64,000 nt of DNA, taken from IMG/VR virus record IMGVR_UViG_3300045003_000080, positions 32,001 to 96,000 of that record. The stretch is one strand, 5' to 3'. The stretch comes from a virus. Below are positions 56,379 to 64,000 of the stretch, one piece after another. Position 1 is the first letter of the stretch. Each line of letters begins with the position of its first letter. Below the pieces are notes generated by a model, which made no database searches, was not told where the DNA came from, and worked only from the letters and a program-made list of their open reading frames with translations. The translations under genes were made by a program, and so were the position numbers.

Positions 56379-57896
56379 TCATGGTGTCCCCCCTGCGTGC
56401 AGTGGTGACGGATCAAGCTGCCACACCGTGTAGGGCGCGCCGGAGCCCAGGGTGTCCGGTGGCAGCTGCGCGATCGGTGTGTAGTCCCGGAATTCGCGGA
56501 TCGCTGCGGTGACGACGCCGTCTTGCGGTTCGGCGCCGTCGAGGATGATCTCAGCGAACGCGCGGTGGCGCACGGCGTCGGTCAGGGCGGCGTTCCCGGT
56601 CAGGGACTGCCCGGTGGCCGGGTCGGTGTAGGTGTACGACGCGGCTTCTTTCCACTGCAGCGACGACACGTCCCCGACGTAGTATGCGGGGATCGCACTG
56701 TGGTCTTCGAGCAGGTACCGGTCGGTTCCCGGGTGTACGACCCCGGCGAGGGCGGTGATGAACGCCGGGTTCTCGTGCGGCCAGTCGACCAGGGCGCTCG
56801 CTTGGGTCGCGGTGAAACCGATCAGGATCGCAAGTCCTGCTGTGGCGAGCACGGTCGCGCGCCACCGGTGCGCACGCACGACCGGCCACAGTGCGTGCGC
56901 GGCGACGATCACCCCGAACCAGGCGCCGAATACCACGTGTTTGTGCAGGGACACGGTGGTGCCGATCCGCGCTTGGTTGAGCGGGGCGAGGGTGACGGCG
57001 ACCGCGAGGGTGGCGGCGAGCAGGGTGACCGGTCCGAGTTTGTGGCGCAGGCCCGCGACGGCCACGCCGATGACGGCGAGCACGACGACGACACCCACCC
57101 ATTGCCACGCGAGGTGTAGGACGAGCCCGGAGGGTTGGCCCATTCCGGGTTGTCGGCTGCCCCTGGCGACGGTGGTGTATGCGATCCCGGTCCAGTATTT
57201 CGGGCCGGCCAGCAGCAGTGCGGCGCCCATGATGACGGCGACGCAGGATGCGTAGCGGATCGCTGCTTTCCATGCGTTGACGTGGTGCGCGCCCTGTAAC
57301 GCGGGTGCGAGCGCCGCGAGGGCGATCACGACCGGGTCGTAGAGCGCTGTCGCGTATTTGGTCGCGTTGGCCAGTACCAGCAGCACCGGTGAGGCGATGA
57401 ACAGCCGGATGTTCGCTGCGAGGGATTCGTCGTAGGGGCGTCCGACAGCGAGTGTCGCGGCTGCCGCGAGCAGGAACAGCGCCATCGGGTCGTAGGTGGC
57501 GAACGCGGAGAGGAACTGTGTGCCGGCCAGTGACGCGAACAGCGCTGTCGCGAGGGTCGCTTCCGGGGCGCCGAACAGGGTTTTGGTGGTGCGGTACAGC
57601 AGTATGGTCGCGCCGAGCACGAACCCGAGGCCGAGCAGTCTTGCGGCGAGCAGCCCGCCCAGCGAGTCGGCTAGTGCGCCCAGGGGCGGGTACACGGCCG
57701 GGCTGCCGGAGAAGTACAGGGGGTAGTCCTGTACCACCGAACCGTGTAGCCAGTGCGCGAGCATCTGATGCCCGGAGTAGAGGTAGAGGGCCTCGTCGCC
57801 GAACGCGGAGTCGGCGTGCAGGAGCCGGAACGAGAGGGCGACTTGGACGGTGAGGATCGCGAGCAGGGGCCAGGGAAGTCGGCGCAGGGCGGTCAT
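56379..57896 (-). CDS. GT-C membrane glycosyltransferase (ArnT/PMT-like)
   Basis: DEALYL, YPPL, ATYD, ATKY; about 11 TMs. Confidence 0.88.
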   Translation of the reverse strand: MTALRRLPWPLLAILTVQVALSFRLLHADSAFGDEALYLYSGHQMLAHWLHGSVVQDYPLYFSGSPAVYPPLGALADSLGGLLAARLLGLGFVLGATILLYRTTKTLFGAPEATLATALFASLAGTQFLSAFATYDPMALFLLAAAATLAVGRPYDESLAANIRLFIASPVLLVLANATKYATALYDPVVIALAALAPALQGAHHVNAWKAAIRYASCVAVIMGAALLLAGPKYWTGIAYTTVARGSRQPGMGQPSGLVLHLAWQWVGVVVVLAVIGVAVAGLRHKLGPVTLLAATLAVAVTLAPLNQARIGTTVSLHKHVVFGAWFGVIVAAHALWPVVRAHRWRATVLATAGLAILIGFTATQASALVDWPHENPAFITALAGVVHPGTDRYLLEDHSAIPAYYVGDVSSLQWKEAASYTYTDPATGQSLTGNAALTDAVRHRAFAEIILDGAEPQDGVVTAAIREFRDYTPIAQLPPDTLGSGAPYTVWQLDPSPLHAGGTP

Positions 57897-58183
57897 TCGG
57901 CGTCCTGCCCTTTCTCGTCGGTGGTTTCCGGTTCGGGTTCACCCGGGGGGTACTGGTTGTAGGTGCCGCATTCGCACTGCCAGACGCTCTGCGCGACGAT
58001 CTCCGGGGGCACACCCCGGGTGATGATCACGCCGCACAGGAAGCACTTGGTGACCAAGGGCACTGCGTTGTTGGTCTCGTTCTCGCACAACGGGCCCCGG
58101 TGCATCTCGCCGTGCACGACGATGGTGTGCCTCTCGGCGAACTCGCTGCTGACGGCTCTGAGCGCGACCACTTGCATGTTCAC
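57893..58183 (-). CDS. Small zinc-binding protein
   Basis: CFLC...WQCECG. Confidence 0.55.
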   Translation of the reverse strand: MNMQVVALRAVSSEFAERHTIVVHGEMHRGPLCENETNNAVPLVTKCFLCGVIITRGVPPEIVAQSVWQCECGTYNQYPPGEPEPETTDEKGQDAE

Positions 58184-58533
58184 CGGTTGTCGTCCTTCCC
58201 GATGTACTCGTCGAGCAGTTCCGAGTAGCCGTCGATGGTTTCCGTCAGTTGCCCGGTACGGAACAGTCGCGCTATCTGCGCCGCCATGTCGGGGCCCGCC
58301 TCGTCGAGAACCGCGTCAAGTTGCTGTCGTGTCGCGTCCAGGACGGCTTGGCTGTGTGCGCGGCGCCACCACAGGGGGCGCCCTTCGTACAGGGCGTAGA
58401 TGGTCAGGACGGCGCTGCCGATGCCGGCCAGGCGGGCGGTCGTGGCGTCGTGGCGTAGCGCGGCGATCGTGGCGGTGAACGCGAAGGCGATTCCCGGTGT
58501 GAACACGTCCAGCCGCCCGAGTAGCCGCCTCAT
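58180..58533 (-). CDS. Small membrane protein
   Basis: Coupled overlaps; two TM segments. Confidence 0.55.
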   Translation of the reverse strand: MRRLLGRLDVFTPGIAFAFTATIAALRHDATTARLAGIGSAVLTIYALYEGRPLWWRRAHSQAVLDATRQQLDAVLDEAGPDMAAQIARLFRTGQLTETIDGYSELLDEYIGKDDNR

Positions 58534-58766
58534 TGCGGCCCCTTGCGGTCGATGTGGGTGGCGCTGTAGGCGAGGTCGCCGGCTGCTGCGACGACGAGCA
58601 TATACACGGGCCAGGGCAGGTCGGCGATCCATGCGAATCCCCAGCCCAGGGCGATGGCGCACAGCATGAGGGCTATGCCGGCGTGGTCGCCGGTGGTGGT
58701 GTGGGCTTTGTGGGATGCGGGTTTCGGCAAAGGTGTTGATACATTCCGCGCGTGCGGAACCCCCAT
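58530..58766 (-). CDS. Small membrane protein
   Basis: GGAGG RBS; two TM segments. Confidence 0.5.
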   Translation of the reverse strand: MGVPHARNVSTPLPKPASHKAHTTTGDHAGIALMLCAIALGWGFAWIADLPWPVYMLVVAAAGDLAYSATHIDRKGPQ

Positions 58767-59091
58767 GGCGTGTTCCTCCCCCCTCAACCTGTGGTCATGG
58801 GTGTGTTGCGGCGTGCGGATTCGACGTCGTGTTCTAAACGCATGGAGTCGGTGAATTCGGCGCACAACCGTGCGACTGGCTTCATACCAGCTCCCCCCTT
58901 TCGCGCTATACAATTATGTCAAGCCGTTCCCCAGTGCACGCCGGGAGCGGCGTGGTTGCGGGGAGTGAGCGCCCCCACGTTACTGCTGACGGGGCGTCAC
59001 GGAACCCCTTGTGACAGATTCGTCACACAACTTGCGCGGGAATGCCAATCGGGGCCGCCTTCATGTGCGAAGCGACCCCGACCGGCTACGC

Positions 59092-60000
59092 TCAGTGCAA
59101 CACCGACAAGGGCTTGGGGTAGCGCTGTGGCGCCCTGCCACCAGCCGCAAACCGAATGTATTCGACGCGCCTGCCGACGCGGTAGTGCTCCCACGCCACG
59201 AACACCCATGCGAGCCGAAGCCAGGTGGGCACCCGTTCCTTCGTGGCCCGCTTGTTCTCCAGCACCTGCCTGAGCGCGTACACCGGGTCGCCCCGCTTGA
59301 TGTCCTGCCCGTCGATGAGGCGCTCCAGAAAATCCACGCTGTCCTCAGCGTCGACCTGGTCGAGCACGTACGCGGCGAGCATGCCGGCGCTGGCCGGGAT
59401 GCGGGTGGCGCGGTAGATCTGCCAGCCGCGCGTCTGCAGGTCCGGGGCCAGGGGTTCCAGGCGCTCCTCCCACAGTTCCAGCAGCTCCGGCACCGACGGG
59501 TTGCCCTTGCTGCCGCCTTGGGCCTCGCGCAGGTCCCCGTCGTACATGTCGTACTCCCACATCAGCCGTGTCCAGGCGGCCAGGTTGCGGGTGTCGCCGT
59601 GTCCGGCCATGCGCAGCTCGTCCGCGAGGGTCCGCTTGCGCCCGATGTCGATGGTGCGCCGCACTTTGGGGTCCAGGCCGCGCACGATGATCACGGGGAT
59701 CGAGAATTCGGCTTCGCCTTCGGCTTGTAGCAACTCGTTGGCGCGGATGAACGCGTGGACACGGTGTTGGCCGTCGAGGAACCTGCCGTTCACGTCGAGC
59801 CGAAGGGTGTCGCCGTTGAACAGCCACCTGTCGCCGAGCAGGTTGCGCACGTGGCGCTCGACCTCTTCGAGGCTGACGCGCCTGTTGGCGGCGTTGGCGT
59901 CGATCAGCTCGCGGGCGAGTTTGACGGTGAGGCGTTCGGTGGAGTGGGTGACGCCGACCGTGCTGATGGGTTCGGGCCTGGCGCATGAAGGTGTGGCCAT
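59092..60000 (-). CDS. ParB-like (DGQHR) domain protein
   Basis: NRR...W.FNGD....D.NGRFLDGQHR..A...ID.G..R. Confidence 0.88.
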   Translation of the reverse strand: MATPSCARPEPISTVGVTHSTERLTVKLARELIDANAANRRVSLEEVERHVRNLLGDRWLFNGDTLRLDVNGRFLDGQHRVHAFIRANELLQAEGEAEFSIPVIIVRGLDPKVRRTIDIGRKRTLADELRMAGHGDTRNLAAWTRLMWEYDMYDGDLREAQGGSKGNPSVPELLELWEERLEPLAPDLQTRGWQIYRATRIPASAGMLAAYVLDQVDAEDSVDFLERLIDGQDIKRGDPVYALRQVLENKRATKERVPTWLRLAWVFVAWEHYRVGRRVEYIRFAAGGRAPQRYPKPLSVLH

Positions 60001-60232
60001 AGTTGTTCCTGGTGATTGGTGTGACGAATGTGATCGATGTGACGCACGGCACCGTACGCGCGCAGTCTTATCATGTCAAGTTGACGTGATAATCGGACCA
60101 GGTACGGGGCTGTTTCGCTCTACTCCACGCGTTGACGAAACGCAGCAACACAACTCGTTGACGCTTGACAGCGTAAGGGAGCCGTCGCTAGCTTCATAGG
60201 CAGCCCTATTTATTAAAGGAGGACGCCGCCCA

Positions 60233-60739
60233 ATGGAGACACCCGTCGTCGTCAAGCCGTACGTACGCAGCTACCGGCTCGCGACCATCGGGGACTTCCA
60301 AACCTGGCACGGCGACAGGAACCGGCAGAACGCCCACATCCGCACCAAGAGGCCCTGGTTCCCCCCTGCGCTGCAGGTCGTGGGCGGCAGAACCCCGGTA
60401 TGGCACGCACGCACTGCCGCACTCGCCCACCTGAACCACGGCTTCGACCTACCCGGACTGCCCGAGGCCGTGCGGGAGCTGCTTGACGGCGACGACTACG
60501 ACGTGCCCGCCCTGTGCGGCAACCTTGAGATCGGCGAATGGCTCGGCTACGCCCGTGGCAGCGTAACCTATCTCACCCAGTTGGAATGGTTCATCCTGCC
60601 CTACGACACCGTCTCCGCGAAAAGCTCGATCCCCGCATACGTCGAAGCGGACGCGATCGCGGTCCTCATGGAGCACGGGAAACTGTCCGACGAGGCGATC
60701 GAAACCCTCAAAGCGCAGGGCAAACTACCCAAAGACTAA
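60233..60739 (+). CDS. Tandem AlpA/Xis-like HTH regulator
   Basis: AAAGGAGG RBS; two HTH-like halves ending FPPA..GGRTPVW and FILP..SIPAY. Confidence 0.6.
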   Translation: METPVVVKPYVRSYRLATIGDFQTWHGDRNRQNAHIRTKRPWFPPALQVVGGRTPVWHARTAALAHLNHGFDLPGLPEAVRELLDGDDYDVPALCGNLEIGEWLGYARGSVTYLTQLEWFILPYDTVSAKSSIPAYVEADAIAVLMEHGKLSDEAIETLKAQGKLPKD

Positions 60740-60741
60740 AC

Positions 60742-60771
60742 GGGTCCCGTGTCGGCGCCGACACGGGACCC
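60742..60771. repeat. Perfect 30-bp palindrome between convergent genes
   Basis: GGGTCCCGTGTCGGC|GCCGACACGGGACCC. Confidence 0.8.
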
Positions 60772-60848
60772 TGACGTGCCGCTCCAGCCCAAGGGGGGGT
60801 GGACCCGTGCGGCACACACCCGTCGGAGACTCAGTCTCGACAACGGGA

Positions 60849-61349
60849 TCATCCCTGCAGGGTAGCGTGCAACGCCGCGACCACGCCAGCGACACCCACA
60901 CGCCGACGCGCCAACGCGAGCCCAAGGGTGCGCGTCACGCCAGCGTCCAGGCCGTGCCGGGTCGCGGCGTCGTCGACGCGTTCGAGCATCGCCGCCAGTT
61001 CGGCGCGCACGGTCAGCACGTGGCGGCGTTCGTCCAGGCGCATGCGCCGACTGGTGTCGGCTGCGACGCTGGCCAGGGTGGCGCTCAGGGCGCGCCGCAG
61101 CCGCATCAGCTGCTCGGGGTCGTACCAGCGCCAGCGCAGTGCGCGCCATGGCGTCGGCCGGGCGCGCAGCAGGTGTTCGTCGTCATCGTCGTCGGTGTAG
61201 AAGACCACCGGGTGGTTGTCCGCGAGGCGTTCCATCAACGCGTTGGTTCCGTCGTCGCGTAGTTCGGCGAAGAACGTGCGGGTGACGTGCTGCCCTTTTA
61301 GGGGTGTGGCGTGCAGTTGGAGGATCGGGTCGGAGCATGCTCCGGGCAC
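60849..61349 (-). CDS. Hypothetical protein (start uncertain)
   Basis: Codon bias in the 3' part. Confidence 0.45.
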   Translation of the reverse strand: MPGACSDPILQLHATPLKGQHVTRTFFAELRDDGTNALMERLADNHPVVFYTDDDDDEHLLRARPTPWRALRWRWYDPEQLMRLRRALSATLASVAADTSRRMRLDERRHVLTVRAELAAMLERVDDAATRHGLDAGVTRTLGLALARRRVGVAGVVAALHATLQG

Positions 61350-61592
61350 AATGGGTTGACTCCTTTGTCGGGGCGCTGTGGCCCCAGGGGCGAGCTGTCA
61401 TTGGGTGTACGGGACATGTATGGCCCCTGGGGTTGCCCGGTGCCGCAACATCTTCGGGTAACGCACGTGGTACGGGCGCCGGGCGCGCCTGAATGTGTTG
61501 ACGTGTTCGACGTTAACGCGTTGTGGTGCGTGTGCGCAAGGAAAACCCGGAAAACAAATTGACGTGATTGCCGGGTGCGATAACGTGCCGCC

Positions 61593-61784
61593 ATGACAGA
61601 ACAGGACGATTCCCTCGCCGGCCTCATCCCCCAGGTCGAGGTCTGGCCGGCCGACGCCTACGACCAACTCGCCGCACAGCTCGGCGAACCCGCACAGCCC
61701 GTCCCCGAACTGGTGGACCTGTTCGCACGCGACCGCACCCGGGCCGCGATACAGCGCCTCGACGACGTCGTGGACCGGCAGTGA
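61593..61784 (+). CDS. Small hypothetical protein
   Basis: TTGACG-N16-TAACGT-N6-ATG. Confidence 0.65.
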   Translation: MTEQDDSLAGLIPQVEVWPADAYDQLAAQLGEPAQPVPELVDLFARDRTRAAIQRLDDVVDRQ

Positions 61785-62257
61785 GCGCCGACGTGTACCT
61801 GTATTTCTTCCCGGCCGACACCCCAGCCGACGTGTATACGATCCCCACGTACAACGGGCCCGGCTGGTGCGATCGCCATGCCGAGTTCTGGCACCGCGTC
61901 CACGACACCACCACCGGCGAGCTGTGTATCGGGCAGGGCAGTGGCGAACTGGACGAGACGCCGGGTTCTGAGTACTGCCCGGCAGCCGTGTGGTGGACGC
62001 GCCGCTACACCGACGACCGCCCGATCCTCACCCCGGCGCTCGCCAAAGCGATCACCGTCGCTTTCAACTACCCGCACACCAGCAGCTACGAACAGATCGA
62101 ATACCGTCAGCTGACGCGTGCAGACCCTTACCGATACGGCAGACGCAGGGGCCGTTTCTTCGAGGCGCAACGTGGCGGGGGAGTGGCGAAGGCGCGCGAG
62201 GTGAAGCGGGAGCTGGCTGCGCACATCGGCGACCGGGTTGTGCCGTACGTGATGTGA
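61781..62257 (+). CDS. Hypothetical protein
   Basis: GTGA coupling. Confidence 0.65.
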   Translation: MSADVYLYFFPADTPADVYTIPTYNGPGWCDRHAEFWHRVHDTTTGELCIGQGSGELDETPGSEYCPAAVWWTRRYTDDRPILTPALAKAITVAFNYPHTSSYEQIEYRQLTRADPYRYGRRRGRFFEAQRGGGVAKAREVKRELAAHIGDRVVPYVM

Positions 62258-62345
62258 GACGGGGAGCCGTCGACTGGTCGATGCGGCGACATTGGCCACG
62301 ACGACGGCTCCCCAGACTCCGCCTACGAGAGCGAAGACCCCCAGC

Positions 62346-62675
62346 CTACACGGCAACGGGATGATACGCACCCGTGTCGTCGAGCAACACGAACCCGCGC
62401 CACTTCACCCGCACCGGCACCCGCGAAAGGTCCCTGCCTGGGCGCACGACCCAGCCGAGTTGCCCGGCGCGCACCATGTTGTCGAACAGGTCCGACACGC
62501 AGCCCGCCCCGGCCGTCACGTCGCCGCATACCAGCAGCACGTTCGACGCCGCCTGGGGCCCGGTCTCGCAGCGCATCCACCAGGCGCGCGCCTGCCCGGC
62601 TGTGGGTTTGCCGCACTGTTCGCAGCATCCGGTGCACCGGTTCCACACGGTCGCGCGTAGTTCACGCGGCAGCAC
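62346..62675 (-). CDS. Degenerate HNH-like protein
   Basis: V..R..GCCEQCG...SNVLLVCG....GC...GWVV...P.....G.VLLDD.G; catalytic His absent. Confidence 0.65.
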   Translation of the reverse strand: MLPRELRATVWNRCTGCCEQCGKPTAGQARAWWMRCETGPQAASNVLLVCGDVTAGAGCVSDLFDNMVRAGQLGWVVRPGRDLSRVPVRVKWRGFVLLDDTGAYHPVAV

Positions 62676-63018
62676 GGGGAGATTGCTTTCGCGGTCGCGG
62701 CGTCCCCGGCGCCACGTCCACTGCACGGTACCGCTCCTTCGCCTTCTTATCCGCTTTAGCTGGGGTTCCGACCTGCATCCAGGCGCGGCCCCCCGCGACC
62801 CCCTGGAAACGCTCCTGGCTGGCCGCCCACCGGTAACACTCCTCCTGCACCGGGCACGAACGACACACCCCCACCGCCCACGCCCGCTCAGCAGGCGTAA
62901 GGGTCGCGGCGATGAACGGGCGCGACTGCGCCACCGGCAGCGACCCGCACGCCGCCCGCTTACGCCACTGCTCTCCCCCGAGCGGCGCACCCTCACGTTC
63001 CGGCGCGATCACCACCAT
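62662..63018 (-). CDS. whiB: WhiB-family transcription factor
   Basis: WRKRAAC...VCRSCPVQEEC...GVAGG. Confidence 0.88.
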   Translation of the reverse strand: MVVIAPEREGAPLGGEQWRKRAACGSLPVAQSRPFIAATLTPAERAWAVGVCRSCPVQEECYRWAASQERFQGVAGGRAWMQVGTPAKADKKAKERYRAVDVAPGTPRPRKQSPRAAA

Positions 63019-63027
63019 ACCGTGCGC

Positions 63028-63480
63028 CTACACCCCGGTCTGCTGCTCGTACAGCTTCGCAGCCTTGTACAGGTCGTCGTACTCGCTCTTGTAGGTGTAC
63101 CGCATCCACGCCGCGACACGGCGCGCCCGAAGGGCCCCGATGTTCTGGCGTTTCTTCGTGTCGGCGCCTTCGGGGATCGGGTATTCCTTCTCGGCCTCGC
63201 GCGCGAACGCCTCGTAGTCTGCCTGGTGGCTGTCGCGTAGGATCCGGTTCGCGGTCGAGGTGGCCCGGTAGCGGGCGTTGCGCAGATCCTGCGCGTCGGG
63301 GGTGAGCACACGTGACGAGCCCGGGTCTGTTGGCTGCCGGCTGCGTTCTTTCGACCGGCAGTCCTGGCAGAACCGGTCCCACCGGCGTGTGGTGACGCCC
63401 TGTTTGGTGACGTCCCTGAATGCGAACATGCGCTCAGGTTTCGGTCCGCAACGCATACATGTTCGCGTTTTGTCGTCCAC
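63028..63480 (-). CDS. Zinc-finger hypothetical protein
   Basis: CMRCGPK...FCQDC. Confidence 0.65.
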   Translation of the reverse strand: MDDKTRTCMRCGPKPERMFAFRDVTKQGVTTRRWDRFCQDCRSKERSRQPTDPGSSRVLTPDAQDLRNARYRATSTANRILRDSHQADYEAFAREAEKEYPIPEGADTKKRQNIGALRARRVAAWMRYTYKSEYDDLYKAAKLYEQQTGV

Positions 63481-63530
63481 CCAAACCCCTCTCGCATGTT
63501 CGTGGGTTGTGGCGCAGAATACTGCCGATC

Positions 63531-64000
63531 TTAACTCTGGGCCAATGGTGGCTGCGAATCATGGCGCGTAGACACGCGTCGACGGTCCGCCCCGAGTATC
63601 GCGACCTGCATCTGGCCGACCATTTCTGCCATGCGGGAGGCCACGCGTTCGCCGGTGATCGGGCCGAGTGACGACAACGGGTAGTTACTCGTCAGTAGCG
63701 TCGGTAGGCACCGTTCGTAACGCCCGTTGATCAGCCGGTACACCACCTCCTCCGTCCAGTCCGTCAAATGCCCCGTACCCAGATCGTCCAAAAGTAGTAG
63801 CGGCGCGTCACGCAGCGCAGCCAGATGCGCCTCAGCCTGGGGAAACGGGCGCGAACGCAGCGCCCCGAACAGGTCGGCGAGGTTCGTGGAGCGCCACGCG
63901 TACGCCTTCGTCCCGCTCTCCGCGACCGCGCGCAACGCCCCATACGCCAGATGTGTCTTACCCGAACCGGTGGGCCCCGACAGCATCAGCGACGGGCACG
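63531..64000 (-). CDS. DnaC/IstB-like AAA+ helicase loader (5' end outside window)
   Basis: GPTGSGKTHL, LLLDDLG, TLLTSN, GERVASR. Confidence 0.92.
   Translation of the reverse strand, partial: CPSLMLSGPTGSGKTHLAYGALRAVAESGTKAYAWRSTNLADLFGALRSRPFPQAEAHLAALRDAPLLLLDDLGTGHLTDWTEEVVYRLINGRYERCLPTLLTSNYPLSSLGPITGERVASRMAEMVGQMQVAILGADRRRVSTRHDSQPPLAQS

Noticed and set aside
63531-64000. IS21 element
   Set aside because: No IstA or terminal inverted repeat is visible; context fits a phage helicase loader, though the upstream gene is outside the window.

Overview
High-GC tailed-phage (siphovirus-like) DNA from an actinobacterial host, probably a filamentous one. The left end (0-7.8 kb) is an accessory island with 10 tRNA genes, one tRNA-like element, three tandem FxSxx-COOH-type peptide genes missed or partly missed by the ORF track, and enzymes (GNAT, HAD, MazG-like). 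A complete + strand virion operon follows (7.9-48.3 kb): extra fibre/decoration genes, terminase, portal, protease, capsid, connectors, tail tube, chaperones, tape measure, tail and receptor-binding proteins, and lysis. The right arm is mostly on the - strand: metallophosphoesterase, a GT-C/GT2/GH26 glycan cluster, ParB-like, WhiB and DnaC-like genes. The most striking element is a - strand cassette at 48.4-49.9 kb. A solo Cas7/RAMP-like gene and a wHTH gene are flanked by two non-coding arrays of 5-nt units (GGY + variable NN), each with its own promoter-like motif. This looks like a non-CRISPR RNA-guided system. Second is the set of phage-encoded FxsA-like RiPP precursors with no maturase in the window. 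No integrase or CRISPR array is visible. All assignments come from reading motifs by eye; no searches were run.
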